32,000 nt of DNA from Candidatus Nanogingivalaceae bacterium (GCA_015257795.3 CP072208.2:480001-512000); one strand, 5' to 3'; numbered from the stretch's first letter, positions 21,536-30,290 are shown. The notes: generated by a model not told the origin, from the sequence alone. Made by a program: numbers and translations.

Positions 21536-21948
21536 TAAAAATTCTCCTCTAAATAGTCTTGCAAAATAATCGAAGCGGCATTCATGTCAATATCACCCTT
21601 TGAATAAGGCTTGCCGTAGCTTTTCAATCTATTTTCAGCCTGAATACTTGTTAAACTTTCATCCTGGAAGCTAATTTTATCTACAGCATATTTAAAATTT
21701 TCTACAAATTCTTTCGTATAGACACTTTGCGGTGTTTCTTCACCACTCTGATTCCTAGGTAAACCAACTACAAGTATATCAATTTCTTCTTTTGAAATTA
21801 ATTGAATAATTTGTTTTATGGCTGATTCTTGAGTCTCATCATTATCGATAGTTATTAGAGGTATTGCTATTTTAATTGCCGAATCAGCAACAGCAATACC
21901 AATTCTTTTCGTGCCGACATCGAGAGCCATAAGCTTTAGTGATTTCAT
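21535..21948 (-). CDS. ruvX: YqgF/RuvX family putative pre-16S rRNA nuclease / Holliday junction resolvase-like protein
   Basis: 137 aa. ALDVGTKRIGIAVAD N-terminal signature. Its start overlaps the stop of the upstream gene by 1 nt. Confidence 0.9.
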   Translation of the reverse strand: MKSLKLMALDVGTKRIGIAVADSAIKIAIPLITIDNDETQESAIKQIIQLISKEEIDILVVGLPRNQSGEETPQSVYTKEFVENFKYAVDKISFQDESLTSIQAENRLKSYGKPYSKGDIDMNAASIILQDYLEENF

Positions 21949-23558
21949 TATTTATTAACCGTAAACTCAATCTTTATTTTTTTACTATCTTTTGGTACGG
22001 AGTTGACCCAGAAGAAAGAGAATTTAACGTCAACATTTTGAACTCCTTCCGTAGAGCTAATTAAGCTTCGTACTTCTCCAGATTTTTTACCCTTAATTTT
22101 TTCCTTAAGTTCATCAGTATTAATCGTTGGACCAATCTTAACATTTGCAGCAATTTCTACACTACTTCCATTAAACTTAGTGAAGTTAGCGTTTTTTATT
22201 CCATAATCATAAATCTTCTGGTTATTTGCAGCACTAACCTTTTCTTTAGCTAAAGAATCAATTGCTGTTTTGATACTATTGTTTTCAAAAGCAGTAATTG
22301 AATAGATTGATGTCATCTTTAGTGTTGCCTTACCATTTGGCGCCTCTTGATTTACGGCCACAGATGAAGAAGATTCCCCGTCTTTAGCCGAAAAACTATC
22401 TTCTAGAATCGTATAATTGTTGTCAAATTTTGATTTTAACTCTGACTTAATCGAATCAATTCCTTCGGCGTTCAGTTTAGCTTTAGCGTTGTTTATATCA
22501 GCTTGAGACACAACTTTTAATGTTTTCTTGCTTCCACCAGATAATTGGCCACCACGAGCAGATATATCACCAATCGAAGATGTATATTTTTGCGCCTCTA
22601 AGTTACATTGTTCACCAATTACTGTGGCTTTAATACCGACAGTCGCACTTCCAGCAGAAATAGAACCACCCTTAATTTTTGCCCCTGGGATTGTTACATC
22701 CGAAGTTGTTACAAAATTACATTGACCAGCTGAAAAAGCTGAACCTTGCACGATAGTCACCGGGTCACTATCGCCACTTTGTGAAAGAGTCAAAGTTCCA
22801 GATGCTGCCTCCCCTTCTTCTCTAGTTCCGGTCGCATCAAATGTTACTTCACGAGTTTTATTTACAGTCTCTGTTTTTGAAAGAATCGTTTCATTGGAAG
22901 CAACATTCGAAACCTTAGAAACACCTTTAATACTACTTGTCGAAGTTTTTGCAGTAATTACAATATCCGCAAACGGAGCAAAGAACATCGCCCAGACTAT
23001 AAAAATCAAAAACAACGAAACGGCACCAGCAATAATAAAAATCTTCTTCCTGAATTTTGAAAAATCTGGAACTTTTATATTCTTTTTAGCTTTATTAGTT
23101 TTCGCATTCTTTAAATCCGGCTTAACCTTATTGAAATTTTTATTGTCATCAATATCTAAGTTTTCAAGAAGTTCCGCCTCTTTTTCTTCTGGACTTGGAC
23201 CGCTAAACTCTGAGATTGGTAGGCTCTCACCATCAATAACATCATCACCATCAACCTCAAGAATATCAATTTCTGGAATTTCAGGCTTACTTTGCAATGT
23301 TTTTGCTACAGGTATTTTTGCTGCAGCCGACATAGTTTTTAAAGCTGAGTTATTTGTAACAAAAACTATCTTTTTATCGGCTTTCTGGGCGGTACGAGAT
23401 AGTAACCTGATATTTACAGCGCTTCGAAAAACACCCAAGCTTTTCGGTGGGACAATCGCAATAATCCGTTCTTTCGAAGATTTTATTTTATTTACAACAT
23501 CTGTAATATCGTCTTCTACATCAACATAAATTACATCTTTTGTAGTTTTTTCACTCAT
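21948..23558 (-). CDS. Hypothetical bitopic membrane protein: ~95-aa cytoplasmic alpha/beta-looking N-domain, acidic/basic linker, one TM helix, ~340-aa Ser/Thr/Gly/Lys-rich extracytoplasmic domain
   Basis: 536-aa ORF with an AGAGG SD, starting 11 nt after the FtsA-like gene. TM segment IFIIAGAVSLFLIFIVWAMFFAPFA. The N-domain VIYVDVEDDITDVVNKIKSSKERIIAIVPPKSLGVFRSAVNIRLLSRTAQKADKKIVFVT resembles N-termini I recall from uncharacterised proteins of other reduced-genome bacteria, but I cannot name a family. Confidence 0.7.
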   Translation of the reverse strand: MSEKTTKDVIYVDVEDDITDVVNKIKSSKERIIAIVPPKSLGVFRSAVNIRLLSRTAQKADKKIVFVTNNSALKTMSAAAKIPVAKTLQSKPEIPEIDILEVDGDDVIDGESLPISEFSGPSPEEKEAELLENLDIDDNKNFNKVKPDLKNAKTNKAKKNIKVPDFSKFRKKIFIIAGAVSLFLIFIVWAMFFAPFADIVITAKTSTSSIKGVSKVSNVASNETILSKTETVNKTREVTFDATGTREEGEAASGTLTLSQSGDSDPVTIVQGSAFSAGQCNFVTTSDVTIPGAKIKGGSISAGSATVGIKATVIGEQCNLEAQKYTSSIGDISARGGQLSGGSKKTLKVVSQADINNAKAKLNAEGIDSIKSELKSKFDNNYTILEDSFSAKDGESSSSVAVNQEAPNGKATLKMTSIYSITAFENNSIKTAIDSLAKEKVSAANNQKIYDYGIKNANFTKFNGSSVEIAANVKIGPTINTDELKEKIKGKKSGEVRSLISSTEGVQNVDVKFSFFWVNSVPKDSKKIKIEFTVNK

Positions 23559-23569
23559 TTTCTACCTCT

Positions 23570-24829
23570 TTAAGTTCGCAAAATTCTATTTAGCTTATCT
23601 CTGAAATTTTCACTCGCATTTTCATCAGAACTATAAGTGTCATAACCGACTCGCAATAGTCCCATTGCGGTAATAAACGTATGGTCGTTTATTTTTCCAG
23701 ATTCATCTACGACGCCAGAGACTTCTTCTGGTTTTATATGTTTAACCGTAGGTTTTTTATTGAATGGCAACTCTTTCCACCAGTCACTATTTTCGAGACG
23801 CTCAGTCAAAGACGCTAGGCTAGACCCACCGCCACAAAGCAAAATTCTCGAAGGAAGATAATCAATATTTTCAAAATCACTTAAAGCAAGTTCAACACCC
23901 GAAACCCAAACATCAAGAGTGTTTTCGATTGCATCGATTGCTTGTTGCGCAATATTAGACTTAAGTTTATCGTTTGAAAGGTTAACTTTAAGCTTTTCAG
24001 CATTTTTGTATGACAGCCCCATTTCATTAGCAATCTGATTAGTAAAACTTCTTCCGCCAATCCCAAACATCTTAGTACCTTCAACACCGCCGTCATTAAC
24101 AACTGCAATATCTGTCGTTCCACCACCTACATCAGCTAAAATAGCCGTGAAACTACTTGAAGAATCCGATCCAACAACACTTCTAGCTACAGCAAAAGGT
24201 TCAGCAGCAACTGCAATTAAGTCAAGAGCCAGCTCATTCGCAACACGTTCAATAGCACCAATATGAACCGTTGGTGCAAAAGCTGTATATATCTGGATTG
24301 AGACATCTTTACCTTGAAAACCAATTGGATTTGAAACTTTATATCCATCTATATGAATACCCACAATAGCTGAATTAACTAGCTTAATTTCAGCTTCTTG
24401 ATTTCCTGTTTCGAGAGCAATTTCTCTCTGTGCCTTAAGCTGAGCGCGTTCTTGAATTTTATCGATAATAAATTCCATTTCTGCCTCATCAAGCGGTCGA
24501 TTTGGTTGAGGTCGACGGTATTTTATAGTATTCGTCGCACCTTTCACTAGCTCTCCGGCTATTCCTATCACAGCCTTTTTTGCTTGAATTTCAGCCTGAT
24601 CTTCTGCTTCAATTAGTGCAGTTTCACAGTTCTGAACAACGCTCGCAATATCAGCAATAGCGCCTGAATGCATATCAGAGACTTCTTGCCTCGCACGACC
24701 AACACCGATCACACGAATTTCATCATCGTGAATCTCGGCTACAAGAGCCTTCACGAATTCAGTTCCAATATCAAGCGCAACGATATGATTATCGTTTAAA
24801 TCTTCTCTTTGTTTATTCTTGAATAACAT
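23570..24829 (-). CDS. FtsA-like actin-fold (ASKHA) ATPase with a C-terminal amphipathic tail
   Basis: 419 aa. Phosphate-1 motif VALDIGTEFVKALVAE, an FtsA-like block GVGRARQEVSDMHSGAIADIASVVQNCETALIEAE, phosphate-2 motif LADVGGGTTDIAV, LLCGGGS near the C-terminus, and a terminal NFRDKLNRILRT that could be a membrane-targeting helix. No ftsZ is adjacent. Confidence 0.8.
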   Translation of the reverse strand: MLFKNKQREDLNDNHIVALDIGTEFVKALVAEIHDDEIRVIGVGRARQEVSDMHSGAIADIASVVQNCETALIEAEDQAEIQAKKAVIGIAGELVKGATNTIKYRRPQPNRPLDEAEMEFIIDKIQERAQLKAQREIALETGNQEAEIKLVNSAIVGIHIDGYKVSNPIGFQGKDVSIQIYTAFAPTVHIGAIERVANELALDLIAVAAEPFAVARSVVGSDSSSSFTAILADVGGGTTDIAVVNDGGVEGTKMFGIGGRSFTNQIANEMGLSYKNAEKLKVNLSNDKLKSNIAQQAIDAIENTLDVWVSGVELALSDFENIDYLPSRILLCGGGSSLASLTERLENSDWWKELPFNKKPTVKHIKPEEVSGVVDESGKINDHTFITAMGLLRVGYDTYSSDENASENFRDKLNRILRT

Positions 24830-24838
24830 CTTAAAACT

Positions 24839-24867
24839 ATTATAAAGCTTTTATGCTTTTTTTGCAA
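24839..24867 (-). promoter_or_regulatory. Promoter TTGCAA-17-TATAAT; 9 nt from the -10 to the ATG of the FtsA-like gene (leaderless layout)
   Basis: Minus strand TTGCAA (24867-24862), 17-nt spacer, TATAAT (24844-24839), AGTTTTAAG, then ATG at 24829. No SD is present. Confidence 0.55.
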
Positions 24868-24879
24868 ATTTTTATACTA

Positions 24880-24906
24880 AATAAGTGTACATACAGTACA
24901 CTTATT
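24880..24906 (-). terminator. Perfect 11-bp hairpin just after the alaS stop; a terminator or RNA-processing element that lacks a U-tract
   Basis: AATAAGTGTAC (24880-24890) / GTACACTTATT (24896-24906) with a 5-nt loop. On the minus strand it is followed by TAGTATAAAAA rather than a U-run. Confidence 0.45.
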
Positions 24907-24909
24907 CTT

Positions 24910-26793
24910 TTATTGAAGAATCGCTTTAATTCGACGTACTCCAGCACTTGAAGATTGTTCTTTAACAATTTTAAACTTCTTACCGCCTTCTGCCAATTCT
25001 CTAGTATTATCAACATGTGGACCACCACATATTTCTACACTGAAAGGTTTTTCACCTTCAGCCTTCATTGTATACACTTTTACGGTTTCACCGTATTTAT
25101 CTCCAAACACACCGATCGCTTTTAGTTCGTTTAATGCGTAATCCGTTGGATATTCCGCCCAAGAAACTTCTAAGCCTTTCGATATTTGTTCATTCACCGT
25201 ATCTTCAATTTGCTTTTTCTCTTCATCTGTCAGCTTACGGTCAAATGTAAAATCAAATCGTAAACGATCTGTATTGATATTTGAACCCTTTTGCGCAATT
25301 TGCCCTTCAAACATATTATGTAAAGCCGCATTCATTAAATGTGTAGCTGTGTGAAGCTTGCGATGTTCAAGAGTTTGACCTTCAAGCCCACCTTTAAACT
25401 TACCCTTCGAAGCTGTTTGCGAACGCTCACGTTGTTCTTTCATCTTAGTGTTGAATTCTTCCTGCCAATTTTCTGAAAGAGAGATACTTCGACGAACAGC
25501 CTCTTCGGTAGAGAGCTCAAGCGGAAAACCAAAAGTGTCATACAATTGAAATAGTTCTACGCCCGTTAATCCATCTTTTGAAAACTTCTCAAGTTCACGC
25601 AATCCTTTTCGAAGTGTTCGACGGAAGGCTTTTTCTTCCTTCACCATTACGGCAATAATTTCATCACCCTTTTCAGCAACTTCTTGATAATCTGGAGCAT
25701 AAATATCAACAATAACTGGAATGATTTGTTCCACGAAATTATCTTCAATTCCTAAATCGAAAGCTTTAGCCATTGCGCGACGAATAAACTTTCGCATAAC
25801 ATAGCCTTGCTCTTTGTTTGAAGGCGTGCATCCATCAACCGCCAAAAAAGCCGCACTTCGAAGATGATCTGCAATTACGCGCATTGAAGCAGTGTTTTCA
25901 TCGTATTTTTTACCACTTATTTCTTCGATTTTATCAATAATCGGTTTCATTAAACTAATCTGGAAAACATCTGGGCTATCAATTTTAGCTGCGGCGATTC
26001 GTTCCAACCCACCACCAAAATCAACATTCTTGTGTTCAAGAGGTTCGAAAGAGCCATCCTCGAGACGGCGATACTGCATAAACACCTGGTTACCAATTTC
26101 CATAAATCGACCGCTGTCACTTGCAGGATGAGCTTCTCCAAAGCTAGCATCATGATTTTCTTCACCGAAATCATAAAACACTTCGGAGTCTGGACCACAT
26201 GGATCCCCGATTGGTGTAGTATCTAATCCACCACCACGACTCCACCAGTTTTCTTTATCGTTATAAAAGAATATTCGACCACCTTGAAGACCAAGCTTGT
26301 CACCATTTTCGGCAGTATCAAGCTCAACAATTTTCGCATCAATTCCTTTTTCCGCAAAAACCTTTTGCCAAATTTTTGCAGACTCATCGTCACGGGGGAT
26401 ATTGTATTTTTTATTTCCAATAAAACAAGATACGTAAATCTTTGAAGGATCTAGACCAACCACATCCGTTAAAAACTCAAAAAATTGCCGAATTTGTTGC
26501 TCTTTAAAGTAATCGCCAAGAGACCAGTTTCCTAACATCTCAAAAAAAGTTGTGTGCCGATTATCGCCAACATCATCAATATCTTGTGCACGCAAACATG
26601 TTTGACTATCTGTTAACCGTACTCCATCTGGATGTTTTTTACCTAAAAGATACGGTAAAAGTGGCTGCATTCCACTTCCCGTAAATAAAGTCGTTGGGTC
26701 ATCTTTTAAAATCAAAGAAGCCCTTTTAATTACTCTGTGTCCATTTTTTTGGCAAAATTCTAAATAAGCTTTTCGGATTTCTTGTGCATTCAT
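24910..26793 (-). CDS. alaS: Alanyl-tRNA synthetase, short form lacking the C-Ala domain
   Basis: 627 aa. It has a class II catalytic core, the editing-site motifs HTATHLMNAALH (HxxxH) and CGGPHV (CxxxH), and ends ~30 aa after the latter (...SSAGVRRIKAILQ). Confidence 0.94.
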   Translation of the reverse strand: MNAQEIRKAYLEFCQKNGHRVIKRASLILKDDPTTLFTGSGMQPLLPYLLGKKHPDGVRLTDSQTCLRAQDIDDVGDNRHTTFFEMLGNWSLGDYFKEQQIRQFFEFLTDVVGLDPSKIYVSCFIGNKKYNIPRDDESAKIWQKVFAEKGIDAKIVELDTAENGDKLGLQGGRIFFYNDKENWWSRGGGLDTTPIGDPCGPDSEVFYDFGEENHDASFGEAHPASDSGRFMEIGNQVFMQYRRLEDGSFEPLEHKNVDFGGGLERIAAAKIDSPDVFQISLMKPIIDKIEEISGKKYDENTASMRVIADHLRSAAFLAVDGCTPSNKEQGYVMRKFIRRAMAKAFDLGIEDNFVEQIIPVIVDIYAPDYQEVAEKGDEIIAVMVKEEKAFRRTLRKGLRELEKFSKDGLTGVELFQLYDTFGFPLELSTEEAVRRSISLSENWQEEFNTKMKEQRERSQTASKGKFKGGLEGQTLEHRKLHTATHLMNAALHNMFEGQIAQKGSNINTDRLRFDFTFDRKLTDEEKKQIEDTVNEQISKGLEVSWAEYPTDYALNELKAIGVFGDKYGETVKVYTMKAEGEKPFSVEICGGPHVDNTRELAEGGKKFKIVKEQSSSAGVRRIKAILQ

Positions 26794-26800
26794 AGAAGAT

Positions 26801-26809
26801 ATTTTAACA
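26801..26809 (-). promoter_or_regulatory. Extended -10 element TGtTAAAAT, 7 nt upstream of the alaS ATG (leaderless layout)
   Basis: Minus strand TGT (26809-26807) then TAAAAT (26806-26801), ATCTTCT, then ATG at 26793. Confidence 0.45.
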
Positions 26810-26825
26810 TATTTTCATTAAAAAA

Positions 26826-26851
26826 TAAACAGGCCCAATCTAACCTGTTTA
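26826..26851. terminator. Rho-independent terminator after the 430-aa gene
   Basis: TAAACAGG (26826-26833) / CCTGTTTA (26844-26851) with a 10-nt loop, flanked by A-runs and T-runs on both sides. Confidence 0.65.
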
Positions 26852-26861
26852 TTTTTTTATC

Positions 26862-28154
26862 TTATTGAAAGGTAAACCAATATGCCGCAAATCCAGCCGC
26901 TGCTCCAAAGATCATTATAGCAATTATCGCAATAACAATTCCCCAGCCAGATTTCTTTCGACGCTTTATTGGCGCCGAGTACTCATCACTTGCAAGAATT
27001 GGTGTAGTTGATTTAGCTTGTCTCAACTCTTTAACGATTGTTGGCTTTTGACTTTGGTTTAATGTAATCTTTTTAAACTCAAAACTTTTTTGTTGATCTT
27101 GACCCTGTCTCATTCCCAAAGGTCTTTTCTCGATTTGAGGATTTTGAACAAAAGGCGTTTTTGGTTGATCTATATTTTTATCAACAGTCTGAATTATAAC
27201 CTTATCATGATTTTCAGACTTTTTCACCAGCTGATCTGTTTCTTCCTTATTGACATCTAGCTTATTAGTCTGGTCTTTTTCCTCGATATCTTTTTTATCT
27301 TCAAAAATAATCCGATTTTTGCTTTCCGAAAGATCTTTAACATCATCTTCTTTATGAATTGGAATAATATCATCCTCTTGGTTATCGCCGCTTCCAATCT
27401 CTGGCATAACTTTTTCGAAAGTTGGCTCGGTCTCAATCTTTGAGGTATTTATAGTTGGCTTAATATTTTTTCTCTCTGGAACCTCAATAGCTCGATCGCC
27501 GTGGAAAAATCTTAAATTATTATCATCTTCACCAATATTATAAACACCTGCATAAAATTTTGCTCGGTCCGGGATTACAGCTGTTTTTTCTTCAATATTA
27601 GTTACTTGCTGTTTTTTCGATTGTTCTTCTTGAGACAGTTTTGTCTCTTTTCGCTCAGAACGTTTTTCTAATCTAACAACACTCCTTTTTCTAATTGGAG
27701 AATTCTCCATTCTTTTTATATTTCGAACCGGCTTTTCTCCACCATAAGTTTCCAAAACTGGACTTTCGAAAGCAATTTTATCTTCCTTTTGAGAAAAAGG
27801 CATGCCAAAATTGTCTCGGTGATGTTCTGGTGAAACCGGAGCGCTAAAATCATCTAAAATTCGGACTTTGGTCTTTTTTGCAACTGTTTTTTTCTCTATT
27901 CTCGCACTCTGTATGTCTACATTTCGAATATCATTTTTAATAGTTTCGTTGCGTTTTTCTTCTGTGTTTTGATGAAGTTGGTCTGCAGATCTTGGAGCTT
28001 TTCGAGCAAAAACCATCTCTTTATGGTCTGCTAAATTTTCAGAATAATTTACTGTGCCCGCAAAATTACTCTTATTCTGTGTGTTTGGAACAACTCCATT
28101 TTCAAGATAGCTTCCAACCGCTTTATCTAATTCTTCAAAATCTATATCTCTCAT
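26862..28154 (-). CDS. Hypothetical tail-anchored protein: long Lys/Glu-rich low-complexity region with a single C-terminal TM helix
   Basis: 430-aa ORF with an AAAGGA SD. C-terminal segment GWGIVIAIIAIMIFGAAAGFAAYWFTF. The rest is highly charged (KKTKVR, EKRSERKETKLSQEEQSKKQQ, etc.). I recognise no family. Confidence 0.65.
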   Translation of the reverse strand: MRDIDFEELDKAVGSYLENGVVPNTQNKSNFAGTVNYSENLADHKEMVFARKAPRSADQLHQNTEEKRNETIKNDIRNVDIQSARIEKKTVAKKTKVRILDDFSAPVSPEHHRDNFGMPFSQKEDKIAFESPVLETYGGEKPVRNIKRMENSPIRKRSVVRLEKRSERKETKLSQEEQSKKQQVTNIEEKTAVIPDRAKFYAGVYNIGEDDNNLRFFHGDRAIEVPERKNIKPTINTSKIETEPTFEKVMPEIGSGDNQEDDIIPIHKEDDVKDLSESKNRIIFEDKKDIEEKDQTNKLDVNKEETDQLVKKSENHDKVIIQTVDKNIDQPKTPFVQNPQIEKRPLGMRQGQDQQKSFEFKKITLNQSQKPTIVKELRQAKSTTPILASDEYSAPIKRRKKSGWGIVIAIIAIMIFGAAAGFAAYWFTFQ

Positions 28155-28164
28155 ATTTTTCCTT

Positions 28165-28929
28165 TTATTTTATTGTTTCAAAAACTTTTTGAGTAATCTG
28201 TACAAACTTTTCAACGCTTAGGCTTGCACCACCAATTAACAACCCATCAACACCTTTAATTTTAGCATAGTCTGTCGCAAATTCCGGCTGAACACTTCCA
28301 CCATAGACCACTTGAATCTCTTCGGCAGTTTTTGCTCCATACAAATTTTTAATTTGATTTCTGATAGTTTTTACAGCTTTTCGAATATCATCTGGATTAG
28401 CATTTACTCCAGTTCCAATCGCCCAAACTGGTTCATAAGCGATAATAACTTTCGAAATATCTTCACTCGAAACATTCGCAAGCCCACCCAGCAGCTGATC
28501 GTTCAATACTAGATTTGTTTCATCATGGTTCCGTTCGTCTGAAGTTTCACCGATGCAGAGAATCGGACGAATATTATTCCTAATAGCTGCTGCAACTTTC
28601 GCACGAATATCCTTATCTGTTTCGTGAAAAATATTCCGCCTCTCGGAATGTCCAACAAGCGCATATTGCACAATTCCTCGAAGTTGAGAAATTGAAACTT
28701 CACCAGTAAAAGCACCGTGGTCGCGCCAATAGAAATTCTGAGCAGCAAGTTTAAATTGACGATGATTGATTTGTAGACTTAAAGATTGAAGCGTAAAAGT
28801 TGACGGTGCAAGAATAACTTCCATCCCACGATGAGCTTGAACTTTTTCACTTAATTTATGCAAGAAAATACTCGACTCTTGCATGTTTAAATTCATTTTC
28901 CAGTTGGCGATAACAAGTTTTTTGTTCAT
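28165..28929 (-). CDS. tpiA: Triosephosphate isomerase
   Basis: 254 aa. ANWKMN, VGHSERR and AYEPVWAIGTG signatures. A TGtTAAAAT element (28939-28947) lies 9 nt upstream of the ATG. Confidence 0.96.
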   Translation of the reverse strand: MNKKLVIANWKMNLNMQESSIFLHKLSEKVQAHRGMEVILAPSTFTLQSLSLQINHRQFKLAAQNFYWRDHGAFTGEVSISQLRGIVQYALVGHSERRNIFHETDKDIRAKVAAAIRNNIRPILCIGETSDERNHDETNLVLNDQLLGGLANVSSEDISKVIIAYEPVWAIGTGVNANPDDIRKAVKTIRNQIKNLYGAKTAEEIQVVYGGSVQPEFATDYAKIKGVDGLLIGGASLSVEKFVQITQKVFETIK

Positions 28930-28970
28930 AATACCCTTATTTTAACATTTTATTTTATTTTTGTAAATTC

Positions 28971-30290
28971 TTATGCTTTATCTTCCAGAACTTCAAATCC
29001 TGGTAAAATTTCGCCACTCATTAACTCTAAAGCCGCACCACCGCCAGTTGAAATTAGTGAAAAATCAGCAATTTCAGGATTTTGATTTGACCAATTTAGC
29101 GCGAAAGCCGACGTATCACCACCACCTACAATCGACTTCATGCCATTATCTCTTGTAGATTTCGAAATTTGCAAACATGTTCGGCGTGAGCCTTCGGCAA
29201 AATTCTCAAACTCAGCATAACCAACGGTTCCATTCCAAACAACCATTTTAGCTTTCGAAATTTCACTCTCAAGCTTTTGAATTGCCTTTTCACCTAAATC
29301 TAAAATCGTTTCATCTTCCGCAACAGAGATAACTCGTTTTTCAACTCGTTCAGCATCTTTCGAAAATTCTTTCGCTACAGCAACTTCTTCTGGTAAAATA
29401 ATAAATTCTCGAAGGCCTTCAAAACCAACCTTCTTCTCCGCCAATCTAAAAATCTGTTCGATAACTTCCTTTTGACCATCTTCAATTCGACTTTTTCCAA
29501 CCTTAACATTAAGATATTTCAAAAAAGTATTTGCAATTGCGCCAGCCACAATAATTTTATCTGCACGCTCAACAAACTTTTCAATTAAAGGCAGTTTATC
29601 TGAAATTTTAGCGCCACCCATAACTGCAACAAACGGCCTTTTAGGGTTTCTAAAAGCTTCTGAAATAGTTAGATATTCCTTTTCGAGCAATAGTCCAGCC
29701 ACGCTTGGAAGTTTTTTTGCGATTTCACTCGTTGAAGTATGTTCTCGATGAATAACACCAAAACCATCTTGCACGAATAAATCTGCTCCCGTAACTTGCA
29801 GTAATGCATCTGCAAAATCTGATGAATTAGATTTTTCACCTTTCGAAAAGCGTAAATTCTCAAGCATCTCAATTTTGTAATCATCGTCAGCGTCCTTCAT
29901 AGAAACTGAATACCGCGTACGTGGAAAAATTGGCGTCGTATGAAAATTCATCGGAAAATTCAAATCTTCAGCCTCTAAAAGTTCCCTTAAATGATTAAAA
30001 ACTGGTCGTAGTGAATATTTTCTAGACCCATTAGGCAGATGTTCAAGCTCATCCAAATCTGAAATTCCTTCAACCGCTTTTGGTCTACCCATGTGCGAAA
30101 TAATAATAATTTTTCGAACGCCTCGCTCAATAAGGTTTTTAAGTGTTGGCAAGCTTGATTTAATTCTAAAATCATTCAAAATATTCGCCTCACCATTTTC
30201 AGAATATTCAATTGGGACATTATAGTCTGTGCGAACTAGGACAACCTTTCCACGCACATCAATATCATTAATAGTTTTTTTGTTAAACAT
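28971..30290 (-). CDS. pgk: Phosphoglycerate kinase
   Basis: 439 aa. R.D.NVP N-terminal motif, SHMGRP, and C-terminal STGGGAALE. An AAAAGGAAAC SD lies upstream. Confidence 0.95.
   Translation of the reverse strand: MFNKKTINDIDVRGKVVLVRTDYNVPIEYSENGEANILNDFRIKSSLPTLKNLIERGVRKIIIISHMGRPKAVEGISDLDELEHLPNGSRKYSLRPVFNHLRELLEAEDLNFPMNFHTTPIFPRTRYSVSMKDADDDYKIEMLENLRFSKGEKSNSSDFADALLQVTGADLFVQDGFGVIHREHTSTSEIAKKLPSVAGLLLEKEYLTISEAFRNPKRPFVAVMGGAKISDKLPLIEKFVERADKIIVAGAIANTFLKYLNVKVGKSRIEDGQKEVIEQIFRLAEKKVGFEGLREFIILPEEVAVAKEFSKDAERVEKRVISVAEDETILDLGEKAIQKLESEISKAKMVVWNGTVGYAEFENFAEGSRRTCLQISKSTRDNGMKSIVGGGDTSAFALNWSNQNPEIADFSLISTGGGAALELMSGEILPGFEVLEDKA

Noticed and set aside
22894-23529. 211-aa plus-strand ORF (likewise 6818..7321, 8333..8770, 5706..6050, 6078..6437, 9132..9401, 12674..12973 and the other short ORFs in the track)
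   Set aside because: All lie antisense to, or nested inside, long ORFs with unmistakable conserved motifs (leuS, ligA, hisS and others). Their translations are low-complexity Ser/Phe/Ile/Leu-rich strings typical of shadow frames in AT-rich DNA. None has a promoter or SD.
28971-30290. pgk is ~40 aa longer than typical PGKs, raising the possibility of a fused extra domain
   Set aside because: The extra length is spread over several short insertions, mainly in the N-domain between SHMGRP and the ENLRF block. It is not a discrete terminal domain. This is ordinary lineage-specific variation.
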